Assembly (NCBI GenBank): GCA_037137555.1
Contig: JBAXKA010000003.1
Location: forward strand, 1-35,782
Reading direction: 5' to 3'
DNA from: Candidatus Moraniibacteriota bacterium
GTDB lineage: Bacteria; Patescibacteriota; Minisyncoccia; Moranbacterales; UBA2206
Length of the DNA: 35,782 bases
The notes below the pieces were generated by a model that was not told the DNA's origin, ran no database searches, and saw only the letters and a program-made list of their open reading frames with translations. Positions 7,672-15,834 of this stretch are shown piece by piece; the stretch's first letter is position 1; each line of letters starts with the position of its first letter. The translations under genes were made by a program, and so were the position numbers.

Positions 7672-8466
7672 ATGGCATTATCAAAAAATTTACAACAGAA
7701 GGTTTATAAATTTATAAAGGACAAAGTCCTAAAGAAAATTGACGCATACAATTTGAGCGATGAGGATTCATCAAAACCTTTTCAATATGCTCTTTTTACA
7801 AAAAAGGGTTACTTGGCAAAAGGATTTATTCATGGATGCGAAACAGCACTTGGGAACTGGCACGAAACCATAGCAAAAATTATTGCTACTGAAAATTTTG
7901 CAACTGCAAATAAATTACAAGGGCAAAACAAGTTGAAAGGAAAAATCACAAGAGAAGCACAAAGAACATTAGAAAATATTTTAAGTGATCTTGATAGTGT
8001 TAAAAGGGAGCCGAATCATAAGTCAGAGTCAGAAGAAATTTTCAATGCTAGCCAAAACCTCAAAAAAACAGAGGCCAGAATACAAACTGTTGATCTCTAT
8101 CTAGAAACAAAGGATGGTGAAGAAATTTATTTTGAAATAAAAGGGCCTAAGCCAAATAAAAACGAAATGAGAGCAGCAAAAAGAGACTTGCTAGAAATAT
8201 ATGCAATAAGATCAACAGAAAGCAAGAAAGTCAAAATTTATCTAGGTATGTATTATAACCCCTATTATCCTGAAGATTACCAAAGATGGACATGTTTAAA
8301 ATTCTTTGATGAAGGAAATGACTTTCTTATTGGCAAAGATTTTTGGGACTTCTTAGGAGGAAGTGGTGCTTACGAGGAACTGATTGATATTTATGAAAAA
8401 GTTGGAGAAGAAATAAGACCAGTGCTAGACCAAAAGTTCAAGGACATCGCAAAGAGTCAAAACTAA
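7672..8466 (+). CDS. Type II restriction endonuclease, PD-(D/E)xK fold (possibly TdeIII-like)
   Basis: 264 aa, translationally adjacent to the MTase. VDLYLETKDGEEIYFEIKGPKPN gives a D...ExK nuclease motif. The TdeIII family assignment is from memory only. Confidence 0.65.
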   Translation: MALSKNLQQKVYKFIKDKVLKKIDAYNLSDEDSSKPFQYALFTKKGYLAKGFIHGCETALGNWHETIAKIIATENFATANKLQGQNKLKGKITREAQRTLENILSDLDSVKREPNHKSESEEIFNASQNLKKTEARIQTVDLYLETKDGEEIYFEIKGPKPNKNEMRAAKRDLLEIYAIRSTESKKVKIYLGMYYNPYYPEDYQRWTCLKFFDEGNDFLIGKDFWDFLGGSGAYEELIDIYEKVGEEIRPVLDQKFKDIAKSQN

Positions 8467-8472
8467 TAAGAA

Positions 8473-8527
8473 GTTTTGGTTTTTGGCCATTCACACCCTC
8501 AATTCCCCTCTGCCAAAAATCCAAAAC
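8473..8527 (+). other. Stem-loop with conserved C-rich 24-nt loop immediately after the REase stop
   Basis: GTTTTGGTTTTTGGC (8473-87) pairs with GCCAAAAATCCAAAAC (8512-27), giving 15 bp with one bulge. The loop is CATTCACACCCTCAATTCCCCTCT. A homologue with a covarying stem lies at 32229-32281. Confidence 0.7.
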
Positions 8528-8574
8528 AAAAAAACTTATCTAATCTATTTAAAATAAAAAATAAATCAACCAAT

Positions 8575-9690
8575 TCAATCCTTCAAATATTCCAGCGTTT
8601 CTTTCGCACATTTTTCCCAAGAAAACTTTTTGATTTGTTCGGTGCCTTTTTTGATCATAGTTTCTCGTAAGTTTTTATCTTTCAAGACCAGTTCGATTTT
8701 TTCCGCCAAATCAACGGGACTTTTTTCTTGAAAATATAATGGCGCATCGCCACCCACTTCACCAAGGCTAGAATTTAATGCACAAATCAGTGGCACACGA
8801 GAAGCAAGAATTTCCAACACAGGCAAGCCAAAACCTTCATAAAGCGATGGATAAACATACACGCTGGCACCACGAACCAAATGACCCAAATCAGAAAAAG
8901 TTAATCGACCGGGAGTTAGAATATCTTTTTTAAAACGACTTTCTGCAATTTGTTTAAACACATCATCAGAAAGCCATGCCCGCTCCCCTGCAATAACTAA
9001 TTTAATTTTTGATTTAGTTTTTTCTTTGAAAATATCAAAAGCCGAAACCAAAACGCCCAAATTTTTTCTTGGCTGAATCGCACCGGCGTATAAAATATAC
9101 TCACCAGAAATGTTCATTTTATTTTTCACCGCCTGCTCAATCGAAAAATCTCGTTCAATAGAAAAAACTTCTGCGTCAAAACCATGATAAATCACTTTGA
9201 TTTTATGCTCACTTACATTTGGATAAAATTTTAAAATATCTTTTTTGGTTGATTCGGAAATTGCAATAATTTTGTCCGCTTTTGTAAATGCCCATTTTCC
9301 TAAAAGATTTAATTTAAACAAATCTTTTTTGGGAAAATATTCCGGAAAATATTTATAGGCCAAATCATGTGCCGTTACGACTGTTTTTATTTTTGTCGCA
9401 CAAAACACCGGAATATTATGCATCGGCATCCAAAGCACATCCGGTTTATCTTTTCGCAACTCATTGGCTAGCCAAAGTTGAGTCCAAAATACAGGAAAGT
9501 TTTTTTGTTTAATTTTATAGTTGGGAAAATTCGGCGGAGCAAGTTCAGGATTAAATTTATTTTTATGATACAACAAAAAATCACTAGAGTTATCTAGTTT
9601 TCCAAAATATTTCAACATATTCTGAATATAAACACGAGTTCCGTCAATACGACTCGCGTCCAAATCAGCAACTTGAATAGCAATTTTCAT
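8575..9690 (-). CDS. Glycosyltransferase family 4 (GT-B)
   Basis: 371 aa. C-terminal signature YPSLYEGFGLPVLEILASRVPLI, typical of GT4/GT1 retaining transferases. Confidence 0.85.
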   Translation of the reverse strand: MKIAIQVADLDASRIDGTRVYIQNMLKYFGKLDNSSDFLLYHKNKFNPELAPPNFPNYKIKQKNFPVFWTQLWLANELRKDKPDVLWMPMHNIPVFCATKIKTVVTAHDLAYKYFPEYFPKKDLFKLNLLGKWAFTKADKIIAISESTKKDILKFYPNVSEHKIKVIYHGFDAEVFSIERDFSIEQAVKNKMNISGEYILYAGAIQPRKNLGVLVSAFDIFKEKTKSKIKLVIAGERAWLSDDVFKQIAESRFKKDILTPGRLTFSDLGHLVRGASVYVYPSLYEGFGLPVLEILASRVPLICALNSSLGEVGGDAPLYFQEKSPVDLAEKIELVLKDKNLRETMIKKGTEQIKKFSWEKCAKETLEYLKD

Positions 9691-9698
9691 TAAATAGA

Positions 9699-10565
9699 TT
9701 AAAATTTTAAACTTTTTAAATAGGCTTTTAATTTATCACCAATTTCTGCATGTTTTAGTCCAATATGAATAACGGCTTTGAGAAAATTAAATTTATCACC
9801 CGTATCTAGCCATGTTCCTTCAAGTATTCTGCCATAAATTGGTCTATTTTTTTCAAGCATTGCTTCGAAAGCATCGATTAAGCGAATTTCGCCTGAGTTA
9901 CCATGTTCAATCTTAGATAATTCTTCAAAAACTTCTGGCGTGATAATATATTTTCCCACGGCGACCAAGTCTGACTTAGCATCTTCCATTTTTGGTTTTT
10001 CCACCACATTTTTAACTTCAATATTTTTTTCATCCAATTTCACACCATCAAAAACACCAAATTTAGAAACTTCGCTTTTATCGACACGACTCAAGCCAAT
10101 AACTGGATCGCCATAGCGTTCAAATGTTTCCATTAGCTGTTTTGTTGACGGCACTTCGCTGTCATACATACAATCACCAAAAATAACTAGCACTGGTTCA
10201 TCGCCGACAATATGTCTCGCTTGTAAAATAGCATGGCCATCACCAAGTGGCATTGATTGACGCACATAAGAAAATTTAGCCAGATTGGGAATTCTTTGCA
10301 CCTCACGAAGCAAATCATGTTTATTTTTTTCCACCAATGTTTCTTCCAGTTCAAAAGAAATATCAAAATGATCTTCAATCGCCCGCTTGCCTCGTCCTGT
10401 CACAAAAATTATTTCCTCAATACCTGCCGCAACAGCCTCTTCCACTAAATATTGCACGACTGGTTTGTCCACAACTGTGAGCATCTCTTTTGGTTGCGCT
10501 TTTGTCGCTGGTAAAAATCTTGTTCCAAATCCTGCTACTGGCAAAATTGCTTTTTTGATTTTCAT
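9699..10565 (-). CDS. galU: UTP--glucose-1-phosphate uridylyltransferase
   Basis: 288 aa. The N-terminus KAILPVAGFGTRFLPATKAQPKEMLTVVDKPVVQYLVEEA is the classical GalU signature. Confidence 0.92.
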   Translation of the reverse strand: MKIKKAILPVAGFGTRFLPATKAQPKEMLTVVDKPVVQYLVEEAVAAGIEEIIFVTGRGKRAIEDHFDISFELEETLVEKNKHDLLREVQRIPNLAKFSYVRQSMPLGDGHAILQARHIVGDEPVLVIFGDCMYDSEVPSTKQLMETFERYGDPVIGLSRVDKSEVSKFGVFDGVKLDEKNIEVKNVVEKPKMEDAKSDLVAVGKYIITPEVFEELSKIEHGNSGEIRLIDAFEAMLEKNRPIYGRILEGTWLDTGDKFNFLKAVIHIGLKHAEIGDKLKAYLKSLKF

Positions 10566-10733
10566 AATTTTTAAAAATTAAAAAATTAACTGCTTATTCC
10601 GCTCAAATCCTCTACTAAATTTATAGCAGAAATTAGAAGAAAAATCAAAATTTCAAGTAATCGCCAGTTTCACTTTACGAAAAACAAAATTTAGTCTATA
10701 CTAAACATAGCTTAATTCGTTTAAATATATCCT

Positions 10734-10967
10734 ATGTTTTCACTTTTAAAATTGGCTATTTGGATTTGTGGAGTGGCTGTTGTCAGTTATTTTGTGCTTA
10801 ATTTTTTTGGCTTTGAAATAAATCAAGAATATTTTAAGGCCAGCAAAATTGAATGTCAAAAAAAGATAGAAGAATGTAAGGGCAAGCTTATTCACAATGG
10901 CGTTGATGGAGCTAATTGTGATTTTAATTGTGCCGATCCAAAACTAATTATCAATAAAAAACCTTAA
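10734..10967 (+). CDS. Small membrane-anchored Cys-rich protein, hypothetical
   Basis: 77 aa with one N-terminal TM helix and then a Cys-containing tail. It heads the downstream same-strand glycosyltransferase genes. Confidence 0.45.
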   Translation: MFSLLKLAIWICGVAVVSYFVLNFFGFEINQEYFKASKIECQKKIEECKGKLIHNGVDGANCDFNCADPKLIINKKP

Positions 10968-10977
10968 GCAAATATCT

Positions 10978-11961
10978 ATGAAACTAATTGTCAACATCCC
11001 CGCTTATAATGAAGAAGAGAAAATTGGAGAAACAATTGCTCGCATCAGAAAAAGTTTTTCGGCTGATTTTTATTCTCAAGGCGAAGGCACTGCTATTTCG
11101 CAAAAGTTAATTCAAATAGTGGATGACGGATCAAGTGATAAAACTGTGTCTGTTGCAAAAACAGCCGGTGTGGATTTAATTGTTTCCTATAAACCCAATC
11201 GTCGCTTGGCTTATTCTTTCAAACGAGCAGTAGAAAATTCTTTGGAAAATGGAGCCGACATTATGGTTAATATTGATGCGGATGGTCAATTTGATCCCAA
11301 TGATATTCCCAAAATACTCTTGCCAATTCTTTCTGGACAATGCGACATGGTTATTGCTAGTCGGTTTGGAAAACATGAGGCTATTGGTATGCCAAAAATT
11401 AAATATCATCTCAATCGTTTTGCCGCCAAAATGATTGGCTTTTTTCTAAATTATCCCATTGATGATTTGACTTGTGGCTTTCGTGCTCATAATCGCGAAA
11501 CGCTTTTGCGACTCAATATTACTAATGTCAGTTTTACTTACACGCAAGAAACAATTATTGATGCTATCGGCAAAAATTTAAAGTTACAATGGATTCCCGT
11601 TAAGGTTCAATATTTCGCTGACCGAGAAAGTCGCATTGTGAAATCAGTTTGGAAATTTGTTTCTAATTCTGCAAAAATAATTTTGAAAGCAGTTCGCGAT
11701 GTTCGTCCCATGAAATTTTTTGGCGTGCCAGGTTTAACACTTGTTACGGCTTCGCTTTTAGTTTTCCTGCTTTTTCTTTTTCATTATTTCCAAACATTTC
11801 AAGTTACCACTTATCGCAATTATCTTTTCCTTTCTGTTATTTTGCTTTTCGTTGGTTCACAGTTGCTGATTTTCGCACTGATTGCCGATATGATTAAGAC
11901 CAACCGCAATCTCACCGAAGAACAAATGTATCTTTCAAAAAAAGACCGTCTTAAAAAGTAG
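10978..11961 (+). CDS. Glycosyltransferase family 2 (polyprenyl-phosphate glycosyltransferase, DPM1/GtrB/ArnC-like) with C-terminal TM helices
   Basis: NIPAYNEEEKI...VDDGSSDKT...NIDADGQFDP (GT-A DxD region) plus two C-terminal TM segments. Confidence 0.85.
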   Translation: MKLIVNIPAYNEEEKIGETIARIRKSFSADFYSQGEGTAISQKLIQIVDDGSSDKTVSVAKTAGVDLIVSYKPNRRLAYSFKRAVENSLENGADIMVNIDADGQFDPNDIPKILLPILSGQCDMVIASRFGKHEAIGMPKIKYHLNRFAAKMIGFFLNYPIDDLTCGFRAHNRETLLRLNITNVSFTYTQETIIDAIGKNLKLQWIPVKVQYFADRESRIVKSVWKFVSNSAKIILKAVRDVRPMKFFGVPGLTLVTASLLVFLLFLFHYFQTFQVTTYRNYLFLSVILLFVGSQLLIFALIADMIKTNRNLTEEQMYLSKKDRLKK

Positions 11962-11977
11962 TTTTTATATTATATTT

Positions 11978-13102
11978 ATGGCAAAAAAAACTCGCCTGCT
12001 TTTTATTTCTCGTGCCTATCCGCCGATTCTTGGCGGAATTGAAATGCAAAATTTTGGAATTGCCAAAGCACTTTCGGAAATAACACCCACAAAAATCATC
12101 GCTAATAAATATGGCAAAAAGTTTTTGCCAGTTTTTTTGCCTTGGATTATATTAAAAAGTTTATTTATTCTACCAAATTATGATGTAATTTTGTTTGGCG
12201 ATGGTGTTTTGGCGCCAGTTGGAATATTTTTAAAATGCTTTTATCCTAAAAAGAAATTCTTGTCTATTGTTCATGGATTGGATATTACTTTTGCTCACAA
12301 GAAATCACTACTGGGAAAAATTTATAGAGCTATTAATATTCCTGCTCTCAAAAAACTCGATAAATTAATTATGGTTGGCAACGAAACAATTAACCAAGCC
12401 ATTAAGTTTGATATTCCAAAAGAAAAATGCGTTTTTATTCCCAATGGCCTTGATCTTTCCCAAAAAGTTAAGTTATCCGAACGAAAAGAGCTAGCAGATT
12501 TACTAAAAATAGATTTAGCTAATAAAAAAATTATTTTTCGTGGTGGCAGATTCGTAAAGCATAAAGGCTTGGAATGGTTTATCAGAAATGTAATGCCAAA
12601 ACTGCCGGAAAATTATATTCTAGTGGCTGCTGGTGGCGTTGTGGCAAATAAAACTGTCGGTGATGAAAATTATTATCCTAAATGTCTCAAGGCCATAAAA
12701 GATTTAAAGCTGGAAAATCGCATCAAACTGTTTCCCAATTTAGCTGAAAGCAAAATGCTAATACTATTTAACACTGTGGATATTTATATTTCTCCTAACA
12801 TTAAAGTTCCTGGATCAATGGAAGGTTTTGGCATCACCGCGATTGAAGGTGGCGGTTGTGGTTGTGTTGTGCTGGCTTCTAATCTCGAAGGATTAAAAGA
12901 TGCGATTATCGATGGCAAAAATGGATTTTTAGTTGAGCCCGGCAATGCTAATGCTTGGACGATGAAAATAAAAGAATTACTTGAAGATGATTCTTTCCGA
13001 GCAGATTTTGGCAAAAAAGCACAAACATTTGTAACGGAAAATTTCGCTTGGGAAAAAATTTCCCAAAAATATCTCGAGGAAATCGAAAAAACATTATGCT
13101 AG
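11978..13102 (+). CDS. Glycosyltransferase family 4 (GT-B)
   Basis: 374 aa. SMEGFGITAIEGGGCGCVVLASNLEGLKDAIIDGKNGFLV matches the GT4 EX7E region. Confidence 0.85.
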   Translation: MAKKTRLLFISRAYPPILGGIEMQNFGIAKALSEITPTKIIANKYGKKFLPVFLPWIILKSLFILPNYDVILFGDGVLAPVGIFLKCFYPKKKFLSIVHGLDITFAHKKSLLGKIYRAINIPALKKLDKLIMVGNETINQAIKFDIPKEKCVFIPNGLDLSQKVKLSERKELADLLKIDLANKKIIFRGGRFVKHKGLEWFIRNVMPKLPENYILVAAGGVVANKTVGDENYYPKCLKAIKDLKLENRIKLFPNLAESKMLILFNTVDIYISPNIKVPGSMEGFGITAIEGGGCGCVVLASNLEGLKDAIIDGKNGFLVEPGNANAWTMKIKELLEDDSFRADFGKKAQTFVTENFAWEKISQKYLEEIEKTLC

Positions 13103-15012
13103 AATTTATTCAATCACAAATTATTTTTTATCTCACAATCACGCTAGTGCTTTTTGTGCCAGGCTATTTTATGCTTTTGGCTTTTTTCGGCAAAGAGAAA
13201 TTAAGCTCGCTAGAAAGAGTTATTCTTTCTAGTAGTCTAAGTATTCTTATTACAGATTTTTTAATGCTTTTGTTATCTCGGGTTGGCATAATTTTTACAA
13301 GAAATTCGCTAATTTTAACACTTATACTTTTTAGTTTTTGCTGTTTTATTGTTTATAGAAAAAGATTTAAAAAATCACCAGCAATCGTTGATAAAAATTC
13401 GCTTTTTACTTTTTCCTCAAAGCAATTGTTATTTATTATGCTCGTTCTTTTTCTATCTTTCTTTCTTCGCTCGGCCTATTTGCAAAATTCATCACCACCC
13501 TCAAGCACTGACCTTGGTCATCATATGTATTGGTCAAAACTTTTTTCCGAAACAGGTAAAATTCAAAACTACACACAAAGCGATATCATCAAAGAAAATG
13601 AAATTTATCAAATTGATTCTCCCCGCCCAATCAGTGATTTCGTAATCGGCGAACATCTAATTTTTTCTGCCATCAATCTTATCTCTGGTGCCAACTTTAT
13701 TTCTGCCTTTCCTATTCTCGTGCTTTTTTATATCAATATTTTCACTTTGCTGGCAATATTTATTTTATCTTTGCGTTTATTTGAAAATAATCCACAAAAT
13801 AAAAACATAGCAATTTTCGTGCTACTTTTTTGCGGAGCAATTTTCGCAATCGATCCACCACAAGCTAAATTTATTGGTGGCGGTGTGGTGGGAAATATTA
13901 TCGGAAATTTGCTCATGCCCATCACTTTTTATTTTTACATTCGCTTTTTGCGAGAACGAGTTACGCCGTTTTTATTTTTCGCCCTATTCCTTTCAATGGG
14001 ACTTTTCTATACACATCATTTAACAGCTTTAATTTTTCTCTTAACTTTTGCTATTTTTATTTTGCTTGCACTATTTTTTAATTTTCATGCAACAAAAAAA
14101 ATTCTGCTTGGCGAAATAAAATTATTGCGTTCACCACTCCTAATAACTTTTTTTCTTTTTGTGTTTATCTTTGTTTTTAGTATTTACACTCCGACTTATC
14201 TCAAAAATAGTGCCATAAACACCGTCGTAGGTGCCACAAAAAAAATCGAACACACAGGATTATCCCTCTTGCAATTCAGAAATATTCTCGGAGAAGCTCG
14301 TTTTGCACTTGGATCTTTGGGATTTATTTTATTTTTATTTTTTTACAAAAAAAATGACTTTAAATATTCGTTTTTACTTTTGCTTAGCTGGACATCCATT
14401 ATCACAATCATTTCTCTGGCACCAAATTTAATCAAGCTCTCCATTCCCTCTGGTCGTGTAGCTAATTATGGAATTTATCCTTTTGCCCTAATTAGTGCCT
14501 TTGTATTTGTGTCTATTTTTACACAAAAAAAATTCAATAATAAACTAATTATTAGTGCTTTTATATTAATTTTTATTTTTACTTTCATTAGTGGCTTCGA
14601 TGGTAATGTAGATTATTTTAAGAAAAATACTACAAATAAAAATGCTTGGCAAACAATTCAGACTGGAAACTACCTTGCCTCAAAAATGTCTTCCACTGAT
14701 TTTCTCGCTTCTGATCATGTTTATTTAATTGCCGATTCGTGGCTAAAATTATTTTTCATGCGTGATTATTATTTTCCCAGTTACCGAGCAAACTTTGAAC
14801 GCTATGAAAATGGTATTGATAAACATGAATTTTGCACGCGAGATATGATTTCCAGTCCCGATGGAGAACTTGGAAAGAAATGTTTTTCCGATTTAGGCAC
14901 GAATTTTGTCATGGTGGACAAGGCCATGGATAGCATGCAATTTCAAAAATTAAATAATTTTTGGCAAATTTATTCTAATGATAAAATCAATGTCTATTAT
15001 CGCAAAAAATAA
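13096..15012 (+). CDS. Large polytopic membrane protein, GT-C-like glycosyltransferase (putative)
   Basis: About 638 aa from the ATG at 13096 (MLEFIQSQ...), which overlaps the upstream stop as ATGCTAG. The track's TTG at 13048 would overlap the GT4 gene by 55 nt. More than 12 hydrophobic helices and a C-terminal soluble domain. Confidence 0.6.
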   Translation: MLEFIQSQIIFYLTITLVLFVPGYFMLLAFFGKEKLSSLERVILSSSLSILITDFLMLLLSRVGIIFTRNSLILTLILFSFCCFIVYRKRFKKSPAIVDKNSLFTFSSKQLLFIMLVLFLSFFLRSAYLQNSSPPSSTDLGHHMYWSKLFSETGKIQNYTQSDIIKENEIYQIDSPRPISDFVIGEHLIFSAINLISGANFISAFPILVLFYINIFTLLAIFILSLRLFENNPQNKNIAIFVLLFCGAIFAIDPPQAKFIGGGVVGNIIGNLLMPITFYFYIRFLRERVTPFLFFALFLSMGLFYTHHLTALIFLLTFAIFILLALFFNFHATKKILLGEIKLLRSPLLITFFLFVFIFVFSIYTPTYLKNSAINTVVGATKKIEHTGLSLLQFRNILGEARFALGSLGFILFLFFYKKNDFKYSFLLLLSWTSIITIISLAPNLIKLSIPSGRVANYGIYPFALISAFVFVSIFTQKKFNNKLIISAFILIFIFTFISGFDGNVDYFKKNTTNKNAWQTIQTGNYLASKMSSTDFLASDHVYLIADSWLKLFFMRDYYFPSYRANFERYENGIDKHEFCTRDMISSPDGELGKKCFSDLGTNFVMVDKAMDSMQFQKLNNFWQIYSNDKINVYYRKK

Positions 15013-15379
15013 ACTAACAAGCGAGAAAAAAATCATTCTGACTGTGATTATTTTTTTGTTTTTTAGTTTTAGTTTTCTCGCTTATAGTGAGCGAAAACAA
15101 ACAGACCCCACTGGCCAAAATAGCTGGTGGGAACTTTATTTTGAAAATCCCCAATCGCAAGATCTAACTTTTACAATCAAAAATTATGGCAAAGCCAAAA
15201 AATTTCACTGGAAAAAACTAGAAAAAGAAAATCCCGTCCCATTGCAAGAAGCTGACATCTTCATTCAAGCTGGACAAAAAAGCACCATTCCCCTCTCACT
15301 AGAAATAGAAAAAAAGATCATCCTAGAAGTTACCGATGAAGAGAATAAAAAGAAAGAGATCTATAAAATAATTAATTAA
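14978..15379 (+). CDS. Small membrane-anchored protein, hypothetical
   Basis: 133 aa with a TM helix (IILTVIIFLFFSFSFLAY) and then a soluble domain. It overlaps the upstream stop by 35 nt. An alternative ATG is at 14990. Confidence 0.5.
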   Translation: MIKSMSIIAKNKLTSEKKIILTVIIFLFFSFSFLAYSERKQTDPTGQNSWWELYFENPQSQDLTFTIKNYGKAKKFHWKKLEKENPVPLQEADIFIQAGQKSTIPLSLEIEKKIILEVTDEENKKKEIYKIIN

Positions 15380-15393
15380 CTGAAATCAAGCAT

Positions 15394-15786
15394 ATGAAAA
15401 ATTTCAACGGTGTTATTATTGAAGAAAGTCTTGAGAATAAAGATGTTTTGGGAAAAATAAAAATTCTCAAAACGGATGTTGAACAGGTAACCAAAGAACA
15501 TGGAACTCCCTGGATAAAACAATGGACTTTACACACCGTTGAAATTTTAGAAAATCAAGCTGATAATATTGCGAAAGAAATTAGCAAGGCATTGGATTCT
15601 AAGCAGGATTGGTATGCTGATTTCAAGAATGGTGATTTTCATTACATTATCTTCCGCAATAAAATATTCAAAGTTGATCGTGCCAAATCAAAGCAATATA
15701 ACAATGTAACGAAATATGGCATATCATTAGGCATCCCAGATTACCAGCTTGATTTTTCACCGCATATAAAAGAATGGGAGAGATAA
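15394..15786 (+). CDS. Hypothetical cytoplasmic protein
   Basis: 130-aa ORF, non-hydrophobic, with no motif recognised. Confidence 0.5.
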   Translation: MKNFNGVIIEESLENKDVLGKIKILKTDVEQVTKEHGTPWIKQWTLHTVEILENQADNIAKEISKALDSKQDWYADFKNGDFHYIIFRNKIFKVDRAKSKQYNNVTKYGISLGIPDYQLDFSPHIKEWER

Positions 15787-15834
15787 ACAATAATTAACAA
15801 GTTTAACCAATAAGCCACAAAGCAACTGGTGCGC

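Noticed and set aside
8476-8670. Plus-strand 64-aa ORF after the REase gene.
   Set aside because: It is made of the conserved hairpin (8473-8527), an A-rich spacer and the antisense of the GT4 gene 3' end. It is better explained as non-coding.
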